From: Candidatus Binatia bacterium
GTDB lineage: Bacteria > Desulfobacterota > Binatia > Bin18
Direction: 5' to 3'
NCBI GenBank assembly: GCA_963664395.2
Contig: OY761159.2
Span: forward strand, 2,112,001-2,176,000
DNA: 64,000 nt
Part shown: piece after piece, positions 55,418-63,521 of the stretch
Layout: every line of letters begins with the position of its first letter
Position numbering within the stretch: the stretch's first letter is position 1
Notes under the pieces: generated by a model
Told to the model about the DNA's origin: nothing
The model's input: only the letters and a program-made list of their open reading frames with translations
Database searches by the model: none
Program-made: the position numbers and the translations under genes

Positions 55418-58009
55418 ATGTTAGACACCACCACCAAACGCCGGATTGACACCGCCCGCGACCTCCTCGTCGGCAAGGTGCCTGACCCCAAGAGTCAGGT
55501 CGAACAGATTACCATTGCGCTCATCTACAAGTTCATGGATGACATTGACGCCGAGAGCGAAGAGTTCGGCGGCACGCGTACCTTCTTCGCCGATGACTTC
55601 GCCCGTTACGGCTGGGCCAAACTGATGTACTCCGGCCTGGGCGGAAACGAGATTCTCAATCTTTACGCCGAGGCCATTACCCGAATGCCGGAGAACCCCG
55701 GTATCCCGCCGCTGTTCCGCGATATTTTCAAGAACGCCTATCTGCCCTACCGCGACCCCGAGACCCTGCGCGGCTTTCTCAAGGTGATTGACGAGTTTAC
55801 CTACGACCACTCCGAACGCCTGGGTGATGCCTTCGAGTATCTGCTGTCCGTACTCGGCTCTCAGGGCGATGCCGGGCAGTTCCGCACCCCACGGCACATC
55901 ATCGACTTTATCGTGGCCGTCATTGACCCCAAAAAGAATGAAACCATCCTCGACCCGGCCTGCGGTACCGCCGGATTTCTGATCTCCTCGTACAAACACA
56001 TCCTGAAGGCAAACACCGACGCCGACGGTCACAGCACTTTGACCCCGGACGAAAGGGGCCGATTGGCAACCAATTTTCAGGGTTACGACATCTCGCCCGA
56101 CATGGTGCGCCTGTCGCTGGTCAATATGTATCTGCACGGCTTTGTCGCCCCGCATATCTTCGAGTACGACGCCCTGACCAGCCAGGAGCGTTGGAACGAG
56201 TACGCCGACGTGATTCTGGCCAACCCGCCGTTCATGTCGCCCAAAGGCGGCATCCGGCCCCACAATCACTTCTCGGTGCAGTCCAAACGCAGCGAAGTAC
56301 TGTTTGTAGACTACATGGCCGAGCATCTGACGCCCAACGGCCGCGCTGGCATCATCGTGCCCGAGGGCATCATTTTTCAGAGCCAGAACGCTTACAAGCA
56401 ACTGCGCAAGATGCTGATAGAGGACTATCTGGTGGCGGTGGTATCGCTGCCGGCGGGTGTGTTCCAACCCTACTCCGGCGTCAAGACTTCGATTCTGATT
56501 CTGGACAAGGTGTTAGCCAAGAAAGCCGACCGCATCGCCTTCTTCAAGGTAGAAAACGACGGCTTCGGCCTGGGGGCGCAACGCCGCCCGATTGACAGGA
56601 ATGACTTGCCGCAGGTGCAAAAGGAGCTGGGCGAATATCTTGGAAGGCTGCGGGCTGGCGAATCGGTGGACGATTTCCAGCCAGCGTTGACGGACCGCGT
56701 AGCCGAACCAGGGGCGGAGTACACGAAGAGCGAATCGACACACGGGCTCATCGCCGAGAAGGAGAAGATTGCTGCGAGTGGAGAGTATAATCTGAGCGGG
56801 GAGCGGTATCGGGAGAATCGGGTACGCAATCACGCGTTCCCTTTAGTTTCCATTGGAGATTCAGAACTTTTCCGTGTCGAAAGTGGTGGTACGCCAAAAT
56901 CCGATGTGAAGGAATACTGGAGTGGCAGCATTCCTTGGGCGACGTTGGTTGATTTGCCTGCAACCAATTTTATCACCGAGATTAGGGCTACTCAGCGTAC
57001 CATTACCGAACTTGGCTTAAATAAGTCCTCAGCGAAGCTGATTCCAGAAAATTCTGTCATCGTTTCGACCCGGGCGACTATTGGGAGAATCGCCATCAAC
57101 CGTATACCACTAGCGACCAACCAGGGGTTCAAGAACGTCGTTATCAAGGACCTGAACAAAGTTCTCCCCGAATATGTCGCACTCACGTTGACAAAGCTTG
57201 TGCCCACGATGGAAGCCCAGGCGAGCGGTGGCACCTTCAAAGAGATTTCCAAGTCGAGGTTCTGTGGGCTACAAATCCCCCTACCGCCGCTGGAAGTGCA
57301 GCGGGAAATTGTGGCCGAGATTGAAGGCTACCAAAAAGTGATTGACGGGGCGCGGATGGTAGTGGAGAACTATCGGCCTCATATTGTAGTTGATCCTGAG
57401 TGGCCGATGATTCCGCTTAGTGATGCGTGTGAGTTAATCATGGACGGGACTCACTTTTCTCCGAAGAATATGGAACAAGGCGCACGGCTGTACCTCACCT
57501 CCAAGAATGTTAGAGAAAACCACCTTGACCTTTCCAAAGTCAGTTACGTGACTGAAGCAGACCACAAATCCATTTATGCGCGCTGCCCAGTTCAAAAGGG
57601 AGATGTTCTCTACGTCAAGGATGGAGCGAACACGGGTCTTACGGCCATAAACACTCTGGATGAAAAATTCTCACTACTCTCAAGTGTCGCAGTCTTACGG
57701 GGAAAGCGGAATTACCTTGATAACCAATTCTTGTGTCTCTTTCTGAATACCCCCGACGGTCGGAGCAGGTTACTTTCCATGATGTCAGGCGTAGCTATCA
57801 GAAGGCTGACGTTGACGAAGATCAATCAGGCTCAGATTCCTTTGCCACCTATTCAAGACCAGAAGAGAATAGTTCAGGAGATCGAAGCCGAGCAAGCTGC
57901 CGTCGACGCCAACCGTGAACTGATTGAGCGATTTGAGAAGAAGATTCAGGCGGCGGTGGGGCGGGTGTGGGGAGAAACCGAAGTCGTAGGTCGGACTAGC
58001 TCGGCGTAA
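55418..58009 (+). CDS. Fused type I HsdM-HsdS (N6 MTase plus two target-recognition domains)
   Basis: GQFRTPRH, LDPACGTAGF, ANPPF; then SGGTP...IPLPPLEVQREIV and a second TRD ending IPLPPIQDQKRIV. Confidence 0.92.
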   Translation: MLDTTTKRRIDTARDLLVGKVPDPKSQVEQITIALIYKFMDDIDAESEEFGGTRTFFADDFARYGWAKLMYSGLGGNEILNLYAEAITRMPENPGIPPLFRDIFKNAYLPYRDPETLRGFLKVIDEFTYDHSERLGDAFEYLLSVLGSQGDAGQFRTPRHIIDFIVAVIDPKKNETILDPACGTAGFLISSYKHILKANTDADGHSTLTPDERGRLATNFQGYDISPDMVRLSLVNMYLHGFVAPHIFEYDALTSQERWNEYADVILANPPFMSPKGGIRPHNHFSVQSKRSEVLFVDYMAEHLTPNGRAGIIVPEGIIFQSQNAYKQLRKMLIEDYLVAVVSLPAGVFQPYSGVKTSILILDKVLAKKADRIAFFKVENDGFGLGAQRRPIDRNDLPQVQKELGEYLGRLRAGESVDDFQPALTDRVAEPGAEYTKSESTHGLIAEKEKIAASGEYNLSGERYRENRVRNHAFPLVSIGDSELFRVESGGTPKSDVKEYWSGSIPWATLVDLPATNFITEIRATQRTITELGLNKSSAKLIPENSVIVSTRATIGRIAINRIPLATNQGFKNVVIKDLNKVLPEYVALTLTKLVPTMEAQASGGTFKEISKSRFCGLQIPLPPLEVQREIVAEIEGYQKVIDGARMVVENYRPHIVVDPEWPMIPLSDACELIMDGTHFSPKNMEQGARLYLTSKNVRENHLDLSKVSYVTEADHKSIYARCPVQKGDVLYVKDGANTGLTAINTLDEKFSLLSSVAVLRGKRNYLDNQFLCLFLNTPDGRSRLLSMMSGVAIRRLTLTKINQAQIPLPPIQDQKRIVQEIEAEQAAVDANRELIERFEKKIQAAVGRVWGETEVVGRTSSA

Positions 58010-58056
58010 TCCGACAAGGGAGGTGGGGTGGGTGAAGGCTGAAGTGGAGACGGGGG

Positions 58057-58260
58057 ATGCCAAAAGTTAGAGACGCGATTAGGCTCATAGAGCGAGAGGG
58101 CTGGGAATTGGTCCGTACCCGTGGAAGTCACAGGCAATATCGCCACTCCAAAAAATCGGGAACCGTTACGATAGCAGGCCGAATGAGTAAGGACCTTGCG
58201 CCTAAAACTTGGGCGAGTATTCTCAAACAAGCAGGAATAGACAGAGGAGAATCGCTGTGA
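58057..58260 (+). CDS. hicA: HicA toxin
   Basis: GWELVRTRGSHRQYRH..K.G.VTIAG. Confidence 0.92.
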   Translation: MPKVRDAIRLIEREGWELVRTRGSHRQYRHSKKSGTVTIAGRMSKDLAPKTWASILKQAGIDRGESL

Positions 58261-58487
58261 AATACGCCATCCTCATTGAAAGAACCGACAACGGCTACTC
58301 TGCCTATGTGCCCGATTTACCCGGTTGTATCGCCGCCGCAGATACAAAAACCGCAGTGGAAGAACTGATCCGCGAAGCTATCAGCCTCCACCTCGAATCC
58401 CTCCACGAACACGGCGACCCAATTCCTGAACCGCACACAACCGCTGCTCTCATTGAGGTCCAACCTTTCTCCGATTCGTTTGTTTGA
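58257..58487 (+). CDS. hicB: HicB antitoxin
   Basis: GTG start overlapping the hicA stop; YSAYVPDLPGCIAA...EAISLHLE. Confidence 0.9.
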   Translation: MKYAILIERTDNGYSAYVPDLPGCIAAADTKTAVEELIREAISLHLESLHEHGDPIPEPHTTAALIEVQPFSDSFV

Positions 58488-58562
58488 GATGGCGGGACGG
58501 GCGCCAGTCTTACGGTCCTGCTGGGGAGGTTGGGTGACGCCTTCGGCTCACCCAACCTACGG

Positions 58563-58703
58563 GCTAAAATTCCGATGTCGAATCTTGAAACCCAAGGTGC
58601 CATTGTCGCAGAAATTGAAGCCAAACAATCGCTAGTCAACGCCAACCGTGAACTGCTTGAACGATTTGAGAAGAAGATTCGGGCGGCGGGGGGGCGGAGA
58701 TAA
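58563..58703 (+). pseudogene. Orphan hsdS 3'-end copy (no. 2)
   Basis: AKIPMSNLETQGAIVAEIEAKQSLVNANRELLERFEKKIRAAGGR versus native AQIPLPPIQDQKRIVQEIEAEQAAVDANRELIERFEKKIQAAVGR. Confidence 0.9.
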
Positions 58704-58761
58704 GACAAAGGGCGCGGACTAACCTCAAACCGGATTATTTTGGGAAAGCGGGCAGGAACGC

Positions 58762-60468
58762 CTACGAATCCGCAGACGAGGATTTTTGCTTCTCGTAATC
58801 ATCCAAGGCTGCCACAATACGATCTAACAATTTACCGAATCCTGAAAAATCAATCTTGTCGGCACTTGGTCTAACTACCTTTTCGGCAAAAACGGTCTTT
58901 CCGTACGTATCGTCTGTGTTGTGTTTCTTCGAGGGGTCAAACTTCTTTCCATCTATAGGAATTTTGAGCAACTTTGGGCCAAACAAATCTTCTATGCAGG
59001 ATTTTGAATCCGTGCCGTTCTCTGGTGTCTTTACGAGATAAAGATTCTTGTGAAGATGGTAGAATAATTCCGAAACTTCGTTTGTTATATTAAGGCTATA
59101 ATTTTCTTTTACAACGCTGAAGATACTCTTAGCGCCGTCGTCGTTGTCGGTTAGGATGATCACCGGATGGGCAAGCGGTGCATGTTTGAAGGAGGCGATG
59201 ATGATTTTGTACTTTGCGATAAGGCGGCTGATATCACCTGTACCACCACCAAGCTGAAGGACTTGGTAAATTGTTTGCGAGTATCTCATGAAGCGGACAG
59301 TACTTGAGAAGCTGCCGTTTACAAGCTCACCTAATTGTGGATGGTAATCCGTTAGTTTTTTGATTGCTGCACGTAGATAAACGATATCGGTTTTTCCTTC
59401 TGTCACAATCAAGGGTTTTTCTAACGCCACAAAGTGCTTATAGAAGAGAAATTTTTTGTACAACATCCGAGCCGCGGTTGGTGTTTTCTTTTTTTCAACT
59501 TCCTCCCTTAGATCGGAGCGATCCTTTATGTAATGTATGTGACTGAGAATGCCCTCAATTTTATTTAAGCCTTTCACGGAGGTGTCAGGGGTGGATACAT
59601 AATAGCTCCCGGTCGAGAACAGCTTATGACAAATCGCGCGTGCGGTCCGATAGTATTCCGATCTGATGTTGACTTTTTCGTTGACTATTAAACCGGTCGT
59701 CACTTGGCGCGACCCACGCCACTGCATCCGTGTTTTGCTGGCGTTTATTTTGAAGCCGGCTCTATGAATCTCCTTTACAAGTTGCGAACCAAGTTCCCAG
59801 GCCGAGAGTCTTTCAGGAATTGGTTTTGCTAAAGCTGTAGGAAAATCCTTACGGTTCGTCGAAAAGGTGATGTCATCAGCATAGCGCGAATAAGTGCACT
59901 TGTTTTTCTTGGCGAATCGAGCAAGACGCACATCCAGTATATGTCCAAGCAAGTTGGATATTATCGGGGAACATGGACTGCCCTGCGGCAATTCGTTCTT
60001 ATGACACGCAATTTGCGCAATGACTGTCGCGACTTTCTCATTTAGCTCAAAACGTTTGTCTTTTATGAAGAAGCCTCGAACACGTCCGAAATTGAATGAA
60101 GGGAAAAAGTCTTGGAGATCCAGGTTCAGTACATAGCGGCGACGTTTATGCACAGAAGCATTGGTGAAGATTGAGCAGGAGCGCGCAAAGCCATGAGCGA
60201 GCGGATGGTGGGTGGGGCCGGTTTTCTCAAATTCGGCGACGCATCTGTAGAGTACGTCCGCCAATCGTCTCTGTAGCATTTTCAACCGACGTTCGGGCGC
60301 GTTGATTAGCCGCTTCCCACCGTTGTGTTTTGGGATTTCAAAGGAGTGGTACTTTTCTGCTTCTGGCAACTGATACAGTAGATATGAAACGGTCTTAGGT
60401 TGTACACCGAGAATATGACCGACATCCTTCAATGTTCGGGCTGCCCGCAGCTTCTCCAAGTCGGTCAT
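58762..60468 (-). CDS. Retron reverse transcriptase fused to a TOPRIM nuclease (Ec67-like, type I-C)
   Basis: NASVH, LDLQDFFPS, LPQGSPCSP, YSRYADD, VTGL retron motifs; C-terminal EGKTD...DNDD TOPRIM. Confidence 0.93.
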   Translation of the reverse strand: MTDLEKLRAARTLKDVGHILGVQPKTVSYLLYQLPEAEKYHSFEIPKHNGGKRLINAPERRLKMLQRRLADVLYRCVAEFEKTGPTHHPLAHGFARSCSIFTNASVHKRRRYVLNLDLQDFFPSFNFGRVRGFFIKDKRFELNEKVATVIAQIACHKNELPQGSPCSPIISNLLGHILDVRLARFAKKNKCTYSRYADDITFSTNRKDFPTALAKPIPERLSAWELGSQLVKEIHRAGFKINASKTRMQWRGSRQVTTGLIVNEKVNIRSEYYRTARAICHKLFSTGSYYVSTPDTSVKGLNKIEGILSHIHYIKDRSDLREEVEKKKTPTAARMLYKKFLFYKHFVALEKPLIVTEGKTDIVYLRAAIKKLTDYHPQLGELVNGSFSSTVRFMRYSQTIYQVLQLGGGTGDISRLIAKYKIIIASFKHAPLAHPVIILTDNDDGAKSIFSVVKENYSLNITNEVSELFYHLHKNLYLVKTPENGTDSKSCIEDLFGPKLLKIPIDGKKFDPSKKHNTDDTYGKTVFAEKVVRPSADKIDFSGFGKLLDRIVAALDDYEKQKSSSADS

Positions 60469-60487
60469 AGACCAGTTCTCAAGAGAA

Positions 60488-60634
60488 GGCTTACAGGCAC
60501 TCCTATGCGAAACGAAACCCTAGAGAACGATATCTAACGATATCTAGCGTTGTTCAAGGATGACCAGGGAGCACGCGCGCCCTGACATTCTGTCTTATAT
60601 CGCGATTGCGCGATAACAAGTCTGCCTGTAAGCC
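60488..60634 (-). ncRNA. Retron msr-msd non-coding RNA
   Basis: 12-bp perfect a1/a2 inverted repeat GGCTTACAGGCA (60488-60499) / TGCCTGTAAGCC (60623-60634); G right after the 5' arm; two short msr stems and a longer msd hairpin; about 20 nt upstream of the RT ATG. Confidence 0.85.
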
Positions 60635-60684
60635 AGCGCACACCGTGGCATATCGGTGCTGGAATAGCAAGAAAAATAGAAAAG

Positions 60685-60779
60685 GTCGTCGAGATTGAAG
60701 TTGACAAGCCCTGGTCAACGCTAACCGCGAACTGATTAAGCAATTTGAGGAGAAGGTTCGGACGAGTGGGGGGGCATAG
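60685..60779 (+). pseudogene. Orphan hsdS 3'-end copy (no. 3, one frameshift)
   Basis: VVEIEV/-QALVNANRELIKQFEEKVR. Confidence 0.85.
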
Positions 60780-60830
60780 CGAGGGCAAGGTCAATCGGGT
60801 AGAATTTTCACTTACGAGGAGGGGAAAGTC

Positions 60831-61028
60831 ATGTCTGAAAGAGCCGAGACAGAAAGGGTCTCAGATGATTATCTGAGGACATTAGAACGTGTCAAAAAGC
60901 AATACCAGCAATACGTGGAAGTGAGCGAGCTTTACAAATTGCCTGTCCAAAAGGAAGAGGAAATTATCCAATATCAATCTCCAAGTCCAGAGCACCCTCT
61001 GACGACAAATACAATTCGTATCAAGTAA
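60831..61028 (+). CDS. Small hypothetical protein upstream of the Clp/SDH protease
   Basis: Strong GAGGAGG RBS; 11-nt gap to the next gene. Confidence 0.65.
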   Translation: MSERAETERVSDDYLRTLERVKKQYQQYVEVSELYKLPVQKEEEIIQYQSPSPEHPLTTNTIRIK

Positions 61029-61039
61029 GTGAAATAGTC

Positions 61040-62019
61040 ATGGCTTCATGGAGCGAACTCCTAGAACTGCTAAAAGCTCAAAGAGACCCTGTCTGGCTTG
61101 ATAGCAAACTAAAAGAACATTTGAGCGCCATCTCAGGGCGTCGTAACGGTGCCGCCGTCATCTTTTACGCCTCGGCTTTTCTGCAAAAAACGCCGACAAG
61201 GTGGCCATCACCAGAGAAGATATCAATGGCTTCATGAACGCGCTTTACGAAGCACCGACCGATAGAGGTCTCGTATTGATCCTTCATACTCCTGGTGGCG
61301 ACCCGAATGCTGTTGAAAGTATCGTTGAGTATCTTCATTCCAAATTCAATTATCTTGAGGTCATTGTTCCATACCTGGCTATGTCCGGCGGCGCGATGAT
61401 AAGTCTTGCGAGCGATCAACTAACGCTCGGTAAGCAGAGCCAACTTGGGCCGATTGACCCTCAACTTGTCATTGGTAACAAAACACATTCGGCCAGGGCG
61501 ATTCAGGAAGGATTTAATAAGGCAAGAGAGGATATTGAAAGCGATACGAAATTAGCGCATCTCTGGGCACCTATTTTACAAAATATGGGACCTTCGCTTT
61601 TCTTGGAAGCTGAGAAAGCTTTGTCATACAGCAAAGAGTTGGTGGCAAACTGGCTCATGAAAAGGATGCTCAAAGGTATACGCGACGAGACAGAAAGAAA
61701 GAGAAAAGCCGATACCATTGCGGCATATTTTAATGCTGAAGATATTCCTGACTACGGCCAAGTGCATGTCCATGGCCAGAGGATTGGAGCGGTCAAGCTT
61801 AGGGAACTTGGGCTTAATCTGCAATTTTTTGAGGATGACCAAGCTCTGCAGAATGATATTTTAACGGCATATCACTTGATGACCTTGATTTTTGAAATGA
61901 CGACTTCCCTCAAGTTCATTGCCAGCGATAGAGGAAAAATGTGGGTCAAACAAGAACAGCAGATTCTTGCCCCAGCATCCCCTCCTGTCCCTCAACAACC
62001 TCCCTCAATTATCCCCTGA
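61040..62019 (+). CDS. ClpP/SppA-like (SDH family) serine protease, split by a 1-nt shift in an A6 run
   Basis: LILHTPGG, AMSGGAMISLA...SQLGPIDPQ, HG.RI; frame changes at CAAAAAAC (61184-61191), and one extra A would join 61040-61237 to 61201-62019. Confidence 0.8.
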
Positions 62020-62784
62020 TTCCCAGACCTTGTCTGAAAACTGGACGATATGTTCACCTTCCCGTAATGGCTCGCCGGCGAGGCTGTCGAGCCAGTTCAT
62101 ACCCTCGACATAAACATCGTCATAACGGGCATCTTTTACGGGGTTAATCAGTTTGTGATCTTTGCGTTCTCTGTTTTTATACCGCGCTCGTAATGCCCGC
62201 ATTCGCTCTTTGAATTGCTTCTTTTTCTTGGCCGATAAGCCGTCCATTCTCAGCGGTGTCGGAACAGGCTCATTCATTGAGATGTCCTGGGTGACGACTG
62301 TAAAGTCCAAAAACTCATTAGGCGCGGCAGATAACATGGGTTCCGTCCTATAAACGTAATGCAGCAGGCTCTGCGTGTCTTGCCCGAATCGCCGCACATC
62401 TTCTTTCAGTCCCGAAGTTATCGCAAATGAGAGTTGGTTCCCTATCTCTTCTAACTGCTCTTCATCACTCAGAGACCAACGAACCCAATCCTGCCTCTCT
62501 TCATAGTTGCTCTCAAAAGACCGTCTCTCCGCGTCGATAGCGCTGAGTGCAGGCTCAATACGCGCGTAAACCGATTGGGACCACGGACCGAATTTGTAAA
62601 ATTGCTACCCTGTCCCGGTAAAGGTAACGCCGTTGTTTCGTTTCGCATGGAAAAGGTCGGCCAAATACACATACTTAATCAGGTGAATTGGTCCGAGCTG
62701 GCGGTCTAAGAATTCATCCTGCTCTCCAGCAACCAGCAACGCATACTGGAGCAGCAAGTCAACACGGGAGGGGGCCACTGGCAT
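62005..62784 (-). pseudogene. Panacea/SocA (DUF4065)-like antitoxin with an internal amber stop
   Basis: Manual translation from ATG 62784: ...LGPIHLIKYVYLADLFHAKRNNGVTFTGTG*QFYKFGPWS...LLHYVYRTEPM; TAG at 62607-62605 where Trp is expected; the frame continues into ORF 62005-62397. Confidence 0.75.
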
Positions 62785-62893
62785 TACTTCGACTCGAAGG
62801 GCTGAGAATCAGGTCTATTTACGGTTCTCCTGGGACAGCAAGCATACCGGAATTGTCGGAGCGCGCCTACCCGTATGTGGGCTCCTCCCATAT

Positions 62894-63025
62894 AAGATTG
62901 AAGCCGAACGAACTCTTGTCACCGCTAATCGTGAACTGATTGAACGATTTGAGAAGAAAATTCGGGAAGCGATTGGGAGGGTGTGGGGAGAGGCCGAAGT
63001 CGTAGGTCGGACTAGCTCGGCGTAA
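62894..63025 (+). pseudogene. Orphan hsdS 3'-end copy (no. 4)
   Basis: KIEAERTLVTANRELIERFEKKIREAIGRVWGEAEVVGRTSSA-stop. Confidence 0.9.
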
Positions 63026-63072
63026 TCCGACAAGGGAGGTGGGGTGGGGAGAGGCTGAAGCGGAGACGGGGG

Positions 63073-63276
63073 ATGTCAAAAGTTAGAGACGCGATTAGGC
63101 TCATAGAGCGAGAGGGCTGGGAATTGGTCCGTACCCGTGGAAGTCACAGGCAATATCGCCACTCCAAAAAATCGGGAACCGTTACGATAGCAGGCCGAAT
63201 GAGTAAGGACCTTGCGCCTAAAACTTGGGCGAGTATTCTCAAACAAGCAGGAATAGACAGAGGAGAATCGCTGTGA
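63073..63276 (+). CDS. hicA: HicA toxin (duplicate)
   Basis: Identical to 58057-58260 except residue 2. Confidence 0.92.
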   Translation: MSKVRDAIRLIEREGWELVRTRGSHRQYRHSKKSGTVTIAGRMSKDLAPKTWASILKQAGIDRGESL

Positions 63277-63479
63277 AATACGCCATCCTCATTGAAAGAA
63301 CCGACAACGGCTACTCTGCCTATGTGCCCGATTTACCCGGTTGTATCGCCGCCGCAGATACAAAAACCGCAGTGGAAGAACTGATCCGCGAAGCTATCAG
63401 CCTCCACCTCGAATCCCTCCACGAACACGGCGACCCAATTCCTGAACCGCACACAACCGCTACCCTCATTGAGGTCTGA
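63273..63479 (+). CDS. hicB: HicB antitoxin (duplicate)
   Basis: Near-identical to 58257-58487 with a shorter tail. Confidence 0.9.
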   Translation: MKYAILIERTDNGYSAYVPDLPGCIAAADTKTAVEELIREAISLHLESLHEHGDPIPEPHTTATLIEV

Positions 63480-63521
63480 CCCATCTGCGATTCGTCTGTT
63501 TGAGCAGAACGGAGTGCAAAT

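Larger units (their letters stand above)
57963..58488 (+). repeat. About 525-bp near-identical direct repeat (hsdS tail, REP, hicAB); partner at 62979-63504
   Basis: Constant offset of 5016 nt between the copies; only scattered mismatches. Confidence 0.95.

Noticed and set aside
54381-56467. Long antisense ORFs (54381-55292, 55421-56467) and similar shadows such as 41706-42494 and 52310-52996
   Set aside because: They lie opposite well-supported genes in GC-rich DNA, show no recognisable motifs, and are typical codon-bias shadow ORFs.
58762-60468. RT as a group II intron, DGR or CRISPR-associated RT
   Set aside because: The NAxxH and VTG motifs, TOPRIM fusion and a1/a2-bounded upstream RNA identify a retron. 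No maturase domain or TR/VR pair was seen.
26381-62607. Three in-frame TAG codons (hicA 26381, efflux channel 39422, Panacea 62605-62607) suggesting amber recoding or pyrrolysine
   Set aside because: TAG terminates clearly intact genes here (vapC, acyl-CoA dehydrogenase, ureG, retron RT). The three cases are explained by single substitutions (e.g. CAG or TGG to TAG) in decaying accessory genes.
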